From positions 160,001 through 224,000 of the forward strand of contig CAXXKJ010000002.1 in the NCBI GenBank assembly GCA_963675295.2: a stretch of 64,000 nt of DNA. Direction: 5' to 3'. The position numbers and the translations under genes are program-made. This document shows positions 47,080 to 56,165 of the stretch, piece after piece (positions within the stretch are counted from its first letter, which is position 1; every line of letters begins with the position of its first letter). Below the pieces are notes generated by a model. That model did not search any database. It was given only the letters and a program-made list of their open reading frames with translations, and was not told where the DNA came from. The stretch comes from a bacterium. GTDB taxonomy: Bacteria; Electryoneota; Electryoneia; Electryoneales; Electryoneaceae.

Positions 47080-48207
47080 TTACTGCTGAACGGTAGAGGC
47101 GGTGTCTGGGTTCCCGGCCGTGTAGCGCGGGAACTCGGTCTCGAGAATCGGACGCAGGCCATCCGCGAGGATATCCGCCAGGGTTTGCAGGCCGTACGCG
47201 TTCCAGTGCATGTCGTAGTCAAACTTGAACGACCGCCGATCGAGCAGGTAGTGGCGGTAAAAGCCGTCGGTCAGCGGAATTGTGTAGATTCCGAACTCTG
47301 GCGCGACCCGTTCGAGGATTGCCTCTTCCGGATGAACGGCTGGCGGAGTGATGTCGTGGTAGATGTCGCCGTGCGCGATGACAATGACGGCGTTCTCGCC
47401 AAGCCGTTCCCGCATCTGCCGGCAGAGGTATTCCGCGACCGTTTCCGCGACGGCTTCCGTGCTGTCGTCATACACCGTGTTCCGCACCGTGATCGCGTCC
47501 ACCTGGTCTTCCGCCGCCACGCCCTGCAACGCCGCCGCCAGCCGCATGTTCCACAGCAAATAGCGCAGCAAAGCGCTTTTGCGGATCAGTTGCTTGACAC
47601 CATCCAGCGCACCACGCTGCAGCACGGTTGGCCGCACAACTCGCACGGTATCGTCCTCGACGGCGAACCGTGTCCGTTCCGGGTCGAGGTCGGTGCAGCC
47701 GATCAGGTAACCGGGCTGCAGGATAAACAGGTACACCTCGGGTGCGTAGGTATCACGCACATATCGCGCTTCCTGCAGGTGTTCGGACGGCACCGAGTTG
47801 GAGATCGAAAAGTTATAGACCAGGAACCGCTGGTTGAGGTTCTCCCGCAGTCGAACGCCGGGGTTTTCGTCCGGCTCGACCCACATGCCTTCGATGTAGG
47901 AGGAGCCGAACATCGCGATCAATGGCCGGTGGCGGCCATCGGGCGGGTGGTAGTCGTCCGGAAAGATCCAACCGTCGTTGTTGACATGCCAGTGCGAGCG
48001 GTGAAATGCCCGCTGGCCCTGAGTGAACAGCCCGGAGCGCGGCCCGTCAGTTCGATAATAAAGGAAACCGTATTCGGTGTTCAGTTCCATCGGCGGCACG
48101 TCGCACGCGGGCACAACAGTCCGCAGCAGGATTTCCGCGAGGATCAGAAATCCGGCGAGGAATGCGATGCCGCGCAGTATGGGTTTGCCAAACTTCATGC
48201 CAGCCAA
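47080..48207 (-). CDS. SGNH-like O-acyltransferase partner (AlgJ/AlgX-type)
   Basis: N-terminal TM (AEILLR), NNDGW, FGSSYIEG, DMHWN; follows the MBOAT gene. Confidence 0.7.
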   Translation of the reverse strand: MAGMKFGKPILRGIAFLAGFLILAEILLRTVVPACDVPPMELNTEYGFLYYRTDGPRSGLFTQGQRAFHRSHWHVNNDGWIFPDDYHPPDGRHRPLIAMFGSSYIEGMWVEPDENPGVRLRENLNQRFLVYNFSISNSVPSEHLQEARYVRDTYAPEVYLFILQPGYLIGCTDLDPERTRFAVEDDTVRVVRPTVLQRGALDGVKQLIRKSALLRYLLWNMRLAAALQGVAAEDQVDAITVRNTVYDDSTEAVAETVAEYLCRQMRERLGENAVIVIAHGDIYHDITPPAVHPEEAILERVAPEFGIYTIPLTDGFYRHYLLDRRSFKFDYDMHWNAYGLQTLADILADGLRPILETEFPRYTAGNPDTASTVQQ

Positions 48208-48211
48208 CGAA

Positions 48212-49753
48212 TCAGAACTGGAAATAGATGAATTCCCGTTCTCCGAACTCGCCGAAGAACAGGATGATGAACAGGACCGTGTAGTACGCCGTCCAACGCA
48301 ACGGCCACACCCACGCGCCGATCTGCAACGCGAATTCCTTGTCCCGTTGCAGCCACTCGACCACCAGCAATGCGACCGCCATTGCGATTGGCGTCAGATA
48401 CGCACCGTACCCCAGCCCGCCACATGGATGCGTCGCCATCTGTGTCAGAATCTGGAATGCGTGCCCGATCGAATCGGCGCGGAAGAAAACCCACGCCAGC
48501 AGCGTGATCAGGAACGTCAGCACCATTCGCCACGCCTCGCCGAACGCCGGGAACAGCCGTCCCTCAGCGGGGATCGTGGTAAACTGTTTCTGTTTGTCGC
48601 GCAGCATCAACGGAATGTAGTACGCGCCGTTCAGGAAGCCCCACGCGAGGAAGGTCCAGTTTGCGCCATGCCACAGACCGCTGACGGTAAAGGTGACCAT
48701 GATGTTGAAGATCCGCCGTCCCTTGGGCACATAACTGCCGCCCATCGGGATGTAGACATAATCGCGGAACCACGTCGACAGCGATATATGCCAGCGTCGC
48801 CAGAACTCCGCGATGTCACGGGAGAAATACGGGTAGGCGAAGTTCCGCATCAGCCGGAAGCCGAACAGCCGCGCGGTGCCGATGGCGATGTCAGAATAGC
48901 CGGAAAAATCGCCGTAAATCTGGATCGCAAACAGGAAGACGCCGATGAACAGGGTGAGGCCGTCCACGGTCGTGCTGGACGCGAAGATGTCGTTGACATA
49001 GCCGGCGGCCGTGTCCGCGACCACCACTTTCTTCAGGAAGCCCCACAGAATCTGGCGGAACCCCTCGCTGAGGTCGCTGTTGGTCACCGAGCGTTCACGT
49101 TGAAACTGCGGCAGCAGGTTGGACGCGCGTTCGATCGGCCCGGCGACCAGCTGCGGGAAGAAGCTGACGAACGCGAAGAACGCGACCGGATCACGCGTCG
49201 GCTCGATCTTGCGGCGGTAGATGTCGATGGTGTAGCTGAGCGTCTGAAAGGTGTAGAAGCTGACGCCGACCGGGAGAATCAGCCGCAGCGACGGCAGGTT
49301 CGCCTGCAGGCCGAACGCGTTCAAAAGTTCGGCGAACGAATCGATGAAGAAGCCGAAGTACTTGAATGTCAGCAGGATGCCAAGATTGACCACCAGGCTG
49401 ACAATCAGCAGCAACTTGCGTTTCCTCAAACGTGCCCGTGTCAAAAAACTTGCGGACGCGGACGAACCGTCACCTTCCTTTAGGGGTGTGCGCCCTGACT
49501 TGCTTGCAAGTCGGGATTCACCGTCCCTCTCCTGACTTCCATCCCCCTTCGTCATCCCCATCCCGGCGAGGTAATCGACCAGTGAGCTGAGGAAGATCAG
49601 GCTGAGGAATCGCCAGTCCCACCAGCCGTAGAAGATGTAGCTGGCAACCAGCAGGAAGGCGTTTTGCAGGCGCACACGGCGTCGTCCCAGCCCCCAGTAG
49701 AGCAGGAAGACGATTGGCAGAAAGACGAGGAACGTGAGTGAATTGAACAGCAT
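48212..49753 (-). CDS. MBOAT O-acyltransferase (AlgI/DltB family) with an in-frame repeat-derived insertion
   Basis: MLFNS..F, LPVGVSFYTFQ, FFPQLVAGPI, DFSGYSD, FWRRWHISLS, SGLWHGA. Confidence 0.95.
   Translation of the reverse strand: MLFNSLTFLVFLPIVFLLYWGLGRRRVRLQNAFLLVASYIFYGWWDWRFLSLIFLSSLVDYLAGMGMTKGDGSQERDGESRLASKSGRTPLKEGDGSSASASFLTRARLRKRKLLLIVSLVVNLGILLTFKYFGFFIDSFAELLNAFGLQANLPSLRLILPVGVSFYTFQTLSYTIDIYRRKIEPTRDPVAFFAFVSFFPQLVAGPIERASNLLPQFQRERSVTNSDLSEGFRQILWGFLKKVVVADTAAGYVNDIFASSTTVDGLTLFIGVFLFAIQIYGDFSGYSDIAIGTARLFGFRLMRNFAYPYFSRDIAEFWRRWHISLSTWFRDYVYIPMGGSYVPKGRRIFNIMVTFTVSGLWHGANWTFLAWGFLNGAYYIPLMLRDKQKQFTTIPAEGRLFPAFGEAWRMVLTFLITLLAWVFFRADSIGHAFQILTQMATHPCGGLGYGAYLTPIAMAVALLVVEWLQRDKEFALQIGAWVWPLRWTAYYTVLFIILFFGEFGEREFIYFQF
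49432..49516 (+). repeat. Two REP-like hairpins inside the MBOAT gene
   Basis: GTGCCCGTGTCAAAAAACTTGCGGACGCGG (49432-49461; 28/30 identical to intergenic 12480-12509) and GTGCGCCCTGACTTGCTTGCAAGTCGGGA (49488-49516). Confidence 0.8.
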
Positions 49754-50093
49754 AGCGGGATCCGTTTGCCCGTAACGGTGTGAACAGGCGTGTTTCCGGC
49801 GATGAAGCTACGGCGCGGCGCGGCGTTCGGCAAGCGACAGGCTTCACACAAGTACCCACGATAGTCATGTCGTGGCTGAGCCGGAGTTCATCTGCGCCTG
49901 ATCGCTTTACCAACAGGGCATGCTTCCACTGGGGTTCGTGGAGGTTAACTCGTCAAAAACGCGTAAATCAAACAGATCAAGTTGCCTGTCTGTACTATTC
50001 CGTATACATTAAAACAGATCACGCTCCTTCTTCTTACGAAAATACAGTGACCGTATCGTTCGGAAACCGATTAATAATCATCACATCGGGGGA

Positions 50094-51884
50094 TTGACCA
50101 TGACACGCTTCGCTGGAATTCTCGCCACCCTTCTGCTGGCTTCTCTGTGTTTCGCGCAACCCTATGTAACGTGGAATGCGGTGTATGACACCCTGGAGTG
50201 CGGCGATCTGAACCACGCCTTCGCGACGGAGGACGGCTGCATCATTGGTGTTGGCTGGGCAGATGATCCAAATGTCGACATGAAAGGACTGCTGGTTAAA
50301 TACGCTCCGGACGGCACGCTACTCGCCCATCAGCTGATCAGCGGTTCGAACCGGATAGAGCTCTTCGACTGTTGCCCTTCCGCGACGAATCCGGACGAAT
50401 ACGTGGCCATCGGCAGCAGGCACCAGTCAGGCTCGAATCCGTTCGTTTTCGTTCGTTTCACGGCCGACCTGACCACTGTCGAAACAACGGTGGTCGGGTC
50501 GTTTTCTTTCTCCGCCGAAACGGTGTCGATCACTGTGGTGCCGGATGAAGGGTACATCGTGACCAGCACGGGCGCGGCGTTTCCGGATCCGATCATCTTG
50601 AAAATGGATGAAACCTATGACGTTTTGTGGCATTATCTGCCCGGCGAAACTCACGTGCCGATGAAATCCGTGGTCAACGCGGATGGCGATATTGTTATCG
50701 CGGGAACGTCTGACGCCATCTGGACGATGAAGCTGAGCGCGGATGGCGAGCTCCTTTCACAGCAGTTAATTGGCCGCGATAGCTACCACCATGTTACGGA
50801 CATGCGACTTGCGGATAATGGCGACTACATCATCGTCGGGTATACCGAGATCGATTCGTACAACCAACCTTTCTTTGTGCGATACAGCAGCGATGGAACA
50901 TTGCGGCAATTGCACTATTACCCGGATGATGAGCAGGAAGACATCTACTGCATGTCCATATTTCCCGCATCCGGAGGCGGCTATTATCTGGGCGGTTCAA
51001 CCTGGACCGACCCATGGCTGGCGTCTGTGGACGAAACAGGCACTCTGATCCATGATACGATTTTTGAATCCCCAACCTTCCAGCGGATGAACTGCTGGGG
51101 GCAGACGGGTGAGAGACTGTTCTTCGCTGTCGGCGGAAGCAGTCCTGGCGGTGTTTTCCAAGCCACCACGATACGCTTTGACGACGTGAACCTGACGCTC
51201 GGACCGACCGTATCCGACATCGCTATCCCGGATTCGGGTGGGACAGTTGAATTTGACGCGACGTTCATCAACAGCACGGAACAGGGTCGTGTCGCGGATG
51301 TCTGGGTGAAGATCGACAAGGTTATCGGCGAAGCGAGTGCAACCACCGCGTTTTATCCCAACGTGTTATTCGCGGCCAACAGCAGTCGCACGGAATCATT
51401 CGAACAACAGATCCCGGCATCTGCCGCTGGTGGTTACTATGTGCTGACGGTCTTCACCGGCCACTATCCGGAACCTTCGGCTTTCCGTGACCAGATCCGG
51501 TTCTTTAAGATTGATAACAACATTGACCCCTACATCAAGTCGCTGGACGGTTCGAATGGTTGGGATTGCTGGAGCACATTGGACGAAATCAACACGGAAC
51601 CGCCGTCCTCCGGCCTTCCGGCCCAATTCACGCTGCAGCCGGCTTATCCGAACCCGTTCAACCCGGCGACAACGATCTCGCTGGAGTTGCCGTCAACGAG
51701 TGACTTGAACCTGCGTGTGTTCAACATGGCTGGGCAGCTGGTAGCCGACCTGGCGGGCGGAGAGTTTCCGGCAGGCAGCCACGAGTTTACATTCGACGGC
51801 AACAAGCTGGCCTCCGGGATTTATCTGGTTCAGGCGAGCTCTGGATCGTGGATCGCGACGCAGAAGATTGTGCTGCTGAAGTAG
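50094..51884 (+). CDS. Secreted beta-propeller-like protein with T9SS-type CTD
   Basis: Signal peptide; DG.YI..G…K…DG repeats; IPDSGG…IPASAAGGYY domain; YPNPFNP…KIVLLK. Confidence 0.85.
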   Translation: MTMTRFAGILATLLLASLCFAQPYVTWNAVYDTLECGDLNHAFATEDGCIIGVGWADDPNVDMKGLLVKYAPDGTLLAHQLISGSNRIELFDCCPSATNPDEYVAIGSRHQSGSNPFVFVRFTADLTTVETTVVGSFSFSAETVSITVVPDEGYIVTSTGAAFPDPIILKMDETYDVLWHYLPGETHVPMKSVVNADGDIVIAGTSDAIWTMKLSADGELLSQQLIGRDSYHHVTDMRLADNGDYIIVGYTEIDSYNQPFFVRYSSDGTLRQLHYYPDDEQEDIYCMSIFPASGGGYYLGGSTWTDPWLASVDETGTLIHDTIFESPTFQRMNCWGQTGERLFFAVGGSSPGGVFQATTIRFDDVNLTLGPTVSDIAIPDSGGTVEFDATFINSTEQGRVADVWVKIDKVIGEASATTAFYPNVLFAANSSRTESFEQQIPASAAGGYYVLTVFTGHYPEPSAFRDQIRFFKIDNNIDPYIKSLDGSNGWDCWSTLDEINTEPPSSGLPAQFTLQPAYPNPFNPATTISLELPSTSDLNLRVFNMAGQLVADLAGGEFPAGSHEFTFDGNKLASGIYLVQASSGSWIATQKIVLLK

Positions 51885-51896
51885 CCGCGGCGCTCA

Positions 51897-52122
51897 TGCC
51901 CCAGACATTCATGTCGTGGCTGATCGTCTCTATCTGTACCTGTCACGAAGATTTCTTCATGCCCACGACATTCATGTCGTGGGTTTTCTTCGGTTTAACA
52001 GAACGGGGACAGCCGTGCGATGCACAGCTGTCCCCTGAATCAGACACTCCACCTGCAAGTCCACCTGTCGGAGTCCGTTTGTGTTATTCAGGACTCAAGA
52101 CTCAGGACTATCTACTACCTAC
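51897..52122. repeat. Two family B palindromes plus heptamers
   Basis: TGCCCCAGACATTCATGTCGTGG (51897), TGCCCACGACATTCATGTCGTGGG (51960); TCAGGAC TCAAGAC TCAGGAC TATCTAC TACCTAC (52088-52122). Confidence 0.7.
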
Positions 52123-52784
52123 TGCCCGATCGTGCGGCGCGGCTCACGGCGATTCGTGAGTGCAAACGACAGCGCTTCGAGTTCGATCGCCATGTTTTCG
52201 TTTCGCACGAAGACGCCGTCCGGCACCTGAACCGTAATAGGCGCAAAGTTCAGGAAAGCACGAACTTTCGACTCGACCATCTTATCAACCACGCCCTGAG
52301 CGAACTGGGACGGCACGGCGATAATCGCGACGCGGATCTTGTTCTTGCGGATTTCTTCGTCCGCGTTGGCAAAATCCTTCACCTCGATGCCGTGGTAGAT
52401 GTTGCCGACCTTGTTCGGGTCGTTGTCGAGCACCAGCTTGATCAGGAAGCCCTGCTGCCGGAACTGGTCGTAGTCGATCAACGCGCGTCCGATGTTACCG
52501 GCGCCAACCAGCGCGACATTCCACGTTTTGTTGATGCCGAGGATACGTGCGATGTTGCGCTGCAGATCCGCGACATAGTAGCCGAGACCGCGGCGTCCGA
52601 ACGCCCCGAAGAAGGACAAATCCTTACGCACCTGCGCGGCGGTGAGGCCGTTCATGTCCGCCAGCTCCTGGCTGGAGATGGTGCGCATCCCCCGGTCATA
52701 GGCATACTTCAGCGAGCGATAATACTTGCTCAGCCGCCGGACGGTCGCGTCCGAGATTTTGTTGCCGTTTGTGCCAATCGTCAT
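52119..52784 (-). CDS. rex: Redox-sensing transcriptional repressor Rex
   Basis: ATVRRLSKY, ISSQELA, QVRKDLSFFG.FGRRGLGY, VGAGNIGRAL, LNFAP. Confidence 0.96.
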   Translation of the reverse strand: MTIGTNGNKISDATVRRLSKYYRSLKYAYDRGMRTISSQELADMNGLTAAQVRKDLSFFGAFGRRGLGYYVADLQRNIARILGINKTWNVALVGAGNIGRALIDYDQFRQQGFLIKLVLDNDPNKVGNIYHGIEVKDFANADEEIRKNKIRVAIIAVPSQFAQGVVDKMVESKVRAFLNFAPITVQVPDGVFVRNENMAIELEALSFALTNRREPRRTIGQ

Positions 52785-52824
52785 CGTCAGTCCTTTCGCT
52801 CGGGCGGCTCAGGCCCCGGGGACG

Positions 52825-55470
52825 TTACTCCTCGTCGTCCCCACGTTCCCCCAGCTCCGGCGAATCGCCATCATCCGTGGCGTCTTCACCGGCTATGTCG
52901 TCAATGTCAATCTCTGCGTCGTCCGGGTCGGCTCCCGCAACGTCTTCAGGATCCGCGTCATCCTTGACCACACGCGCAATCGACGCGATTTCGTCGCCAT
53001 CGTCGAGACGGAGCAGGCGCACGCCCTGCGTCGCCCGGCCGATCACGCGCACGTCGCTGACGTTCATCCGGATCAATACGCCTTTATGCGTCATGATCAT
53101 CAGATCGTCATCGTCGAGCACTTCCATGATCGCGATCATTTCGCCAATCTTGGGCGAGGTTTTCAGGGTGATCACGCCGCCCGCGCCACGTTTGGTGAGA
53201 CGGTAATCGGCGATTTCACTGCGCTTGCCGTAACCCTTCTTCGTCGCGACTAGCAGGTTGCCGGCGCGTCGCACGACCACCATGCCGACGGTAAACTGTC
53301 CGCCCGGCAGGTTGACGCCGCGCACGCCAGCCGCCGCACGTCCCATCGCGCGCACGTCGGTCTCACGGAATCGTACCGCCTTGCCGCCGGAAGTACCGAG
53401 AATCACCTCGCACTCGCCGTCGGTGATGTCCGCCGCGATCAGCTCGTCGCCATCCTTGATGTTGATCGCATTGATCCCGCCACGGCGCACGTGCTGGTAG
53501 GCATCCAGCGACGTTTTCTTCACCAGGCCGTTCTGAGTGGCGATGATGAGGAATTTGTCCTCGGCGAATTCCTTGACGTTGACCACGGCGCGGATCTTCT
53601 GCCCACCGAGTTCGAGGATGTTGATCAACGCCTTGCCTCGTGACGCCGGGCCGAGTTGCGGAATGTCGTACACCTTCAGCCAATGCATGTGGCCCTGCTC
53701 GGTGAAGATGAGCAGGTATTCATGCGTCGAGGCAACGAACAGGTGTTCGATGAAATCCTCTTCCTTCGGCTTGGCGCCGGTCCGGCCTCGTCCGCCACGG
53801 TTCTGCCGCCGGTAGGTTGACACCGGCATCCGCTTGATGTAGCCACCGAAGCTGATCGTGACCACCATGTCCTCTTCGGCGATCATATCCTCGATGGAGA
53901 ATTCTTCATAGTTGCGGACGATTTCCGTGCGGCGTTCATCGCCGAACTTGTCGACGAGTTCCTGCAGTTCGGACTTGATCAGGTCATCCCGCGCCGACTT
54001 GTGCTCGAGCAAGTGTTCGAGCTCGGCGATCTTCGCGCGGATTTCGGTCAGCTCATCCACCAGCTTCTGGCGTTCGAGACCGGTGAGGCGGGCGAGACGC
54101 ATGTCGAGAATTGCCTGCGCCTGGCGTTCGCTGAGGTACCCGGTACGCGGCTTGATCCGGCCTTCCGCCTGCGCGTTCTCAAGGTCCTCTTCGTAAATCG
54201 GCAGGTTCGCGATCTGTTCGGGAGTGAACTCGAACATCAGGCGTTCTTTCGCCTGTTCCACCCCGGCGCTGCTGCGAATGATCTCGATAATCTTGTCGAT
54301 GTTGTCAACGGCGATCTTGAGACCTTCGAGGATGTGTTCGCGTTCCTGTGCCTTGCGCAGCTCGAACCGTGTCCTGCGAAGTACGACGTCATGCCGGTGC
54401 GCGAGGTACTTCACCAGGATGTCGCGCAGGTTCATCAGCTTCGGCACGCCCTTGTCGAGGGCGATCATGTTGATGCCGAAGGTGGTCTGCAGCTGCGTGT
54501 GCTTGTACAGCTGGTTGAGCACGATATCCGCGATCGCGTCCCGCTTGAGTTCGATCACCATGCGGGTGCCGTCGCGGTCGGACTCATCACGCAGGTCGCG
54601 AATGCCTTCGATCTTCTTGATGTTGACCAGCTGCGCGATCTTCTCGATCAACGTTGACTTGTTGACCTGGTACGGCAGTTCGGTAACGATGATCGACTGC
54701 TGGTCGCCCCGGCCTTCTTCCACATGCGCGCGCGCCCGGATAACCATCCGTCCACGGCCGGTGCGGTAACCTTCGCGTACCCCATCGATGCCGTAAATGA
54801 TGCCGCCGCTGGGAAAGTCCGGTGCGGTGATGAAACGCATCAGGTCGTCTACGCCACCGTCCGGATTGTCGATCAGGAAGGTGATCGCGTTGACCACTTC
54901 GGTCAGGTTGTGCGGCGGAATGTTGGTCGCCATGCCGACGGCGATACCGCCGACGCCGTTCACGATCAGGTTCGGCAGTTTTGCCGGGAGAACGGCTGGC
55001 TCGGACAGCGTGTCGTCGTAATTCGGGACAAAATCGACCGTTTCCTTGTCGAAATCGGCCAGCATTTCCTCGGCGATTCGTTCGAGGCGGGCTTCGGTGT
55101 AACGCATGGCCGCGGCGGAGTCACCGTCCACCGAGCCGAAGTTGCCTTGCCCGTCGACCAGCGGGTAGCGCAGGCTGAAATCCTGCGCCATGCGGACGAG
55201 GGTATCGTAAATCGACGAGTCGCCGTGGGGATGATACTTACCCATGACGTCACCGACGATACGAGCGCTTTTCTTGTATGCCCGTCCCGCACCGACGCCG
55301 AGTTCCTGCATGCCGTAGAGGACGCGGCGGTGGACGGGTTTGAGGCCGTCCCGCACGTCTGGCAGAGCGCGCGAGACAATGACAGACATGGAGTAATCGA
55401 GGTAGGAATGACGCATTTCATCAACGAGAGCGATCTCGCGAATGCGTTCCCCGGGTACAGTCAAATCCAT
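52825..55470 (-). CDS. gyrA: DNA gyrase subunit A
   Basis: [33 protein letters not shown], GyrA-box QNRGGRG, acidic tail. Confidence 0.98.
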   Translation of the reverse strand: MDLTVPGERIREIALVDEMRHSYLDYSMSVIVSRALPDVRDGLKPVHRRVLYGMQELGVGAGRAYKKSARIVGDVMGKYHPHGDSSIYDTLVRMAQDFSLRYPLVDGQGNFGSVDGDSAAAMRYTEARLERIAEEMLADFDKETVDFVPNYDDTLSEPAVLPAKLPNLIVNGVGGIAVGMATNIPPHNLTEVVNAITFLIDNPDGGVDDLMRFITAPDFPSGGIIYGIDGVREGYRTGRGRMVIRARAHVEEGRGDQQSIIVTELPYQVNKSTLIEKIAQLVNIKKIEGIRDLRDESDRDGTRMVIELKRDAIADIVLNQLYKHTQLQTTFGINMIALDKGVPKLMNLRDILVKYLAHRHDVVLRRTRFELRKAQEREHILEGLKIAVDNIDKIIEIIRSSAGVEQAKERLMFEFTPEQIANLPIYEEDLENAQAEGRIKPRTGYLSERQAQAILDMRLARLTGLERQKLVDELTEIRAKIAELEHLLEHKSARDDLIKSELQELVDKFGDERRTEIVRNYEEFSIEDMIAEEDMVVTISFGGYIKRMPVSTYRRQNRGGRGRTGAKPKEEDFIEHLFVASTHEYLLIFTEQGHMHWLKVYDIPQLGPASRGKALINILELGGQKIRAVVNVKEFAEDKFLIIATQNGLVKKTSLDAYQHVRRGGINAINIKDGDELIAADITDGECEVILGTSGGKAVRFRETDVRAMGRAAAGVRGVNLPGGQFTVGMVVVRRAGNLLVATKKGYGKRSEIADYRLTKRGAGGVITLKTSPKIGEMIAIMEVLDDDDLMIMTHKGVLIRMNVSDVRVIGRATQGVRLLRLDDGDEIASIARVVKDDADPEDVAGADPDDAEIDIDDIAGEDATDDGDSPELGERGDDEE

Positions 55471-55695
55471 TGGGTTAGAGGTCTCCGTTCTCTATCATTC
55501 GCCCGGAAAATCCGGGGAAGAGTTGTTTCAGCTGGCACTACCCGTATTCACCCGTCCGGCGGACACAGAGCCGGGCGCTGGGAAACCGGGAATATAACCT
55601 GTTTCGGTTTCCGTGAAACCCCCTCACTCTGGAATTCGCTCCGAACACGGCGGTGGTTTGAATCTGCGAAAACACCGCTCAGGCGTGAACGAGCC

Positions 55696-55725
55696 AAGAT
55701 ACGCACGCTTTTTCACATGTTGCAA
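55696..55725 (-). promoter_or_regulatory. Possible gyrA promoter
   Basis: Minus strand TTGCAA-N18-TATCTT. Confidence 0.35.
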
Positions 55726-55875
55726 GCGCGGTTTTAAATCTGTGTGACCCGCCTCTCCATTGAATACAGGCGTAATTACTAATATTTACTGAGTTTACAA
55801 GATATATCAAAAAACGAACTGTGCCTCTGAATCCTTGTGCCATTTCGCAAGAGCGTAAAAGTTTACATCCGTGTA

Positions 55876-56165
55876 TTACAAATCTTTGCGGAAACACTGC
55901 ACCAGGCCAGCGTCCTCGAATCCCAACGCGAGGTGGGCGGAGATACTGGTGTCGTTATCGGTTTGGGTGTCGGACGCGAACTCGCGGCAGCCTTGTTGCC
56001 GTCCCCAGTCTTCAGTGGCACGGATCAGCGCGCGGCCGACGCCGGACCGTCTCGCCTCCGGGGCCACGTACCAGCCTTCGAGGTAGGCAACCCGTGTCGT
56101 GCGGCAACCTTCGGCGCAGGCCCGGATCGACAGTTCGGCGAACCCCGCCAGCGTTCCGTCGTCAC
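55876..56165 (-). pseudogene. 5'-truncated aminoglycoside 6'-N-acetyltransferase (AAC(6')-I-like GNAT)
   Basis: GFAELSIR..AEGC…VAYLEGWYV…RRSGVG..L…EDWGR…EFASD…SISAHLALGF…FRKDL; sequence upstream of about 56165 is the antisense of the permease. Confidence 0.8.

Noticed and set aside
54140-54240. Insertion in the GyrA coiled-coil region
   Set aside because: Variable inserts at this position are common in GyrA; no intein or REP sequence is visible.
55730-55876. attC site after the aac(6')-like fragment
   Set aside because: No RYYYAAC…GTTRRRY pair with a matching palindrome was found, and no integrase is nearby.
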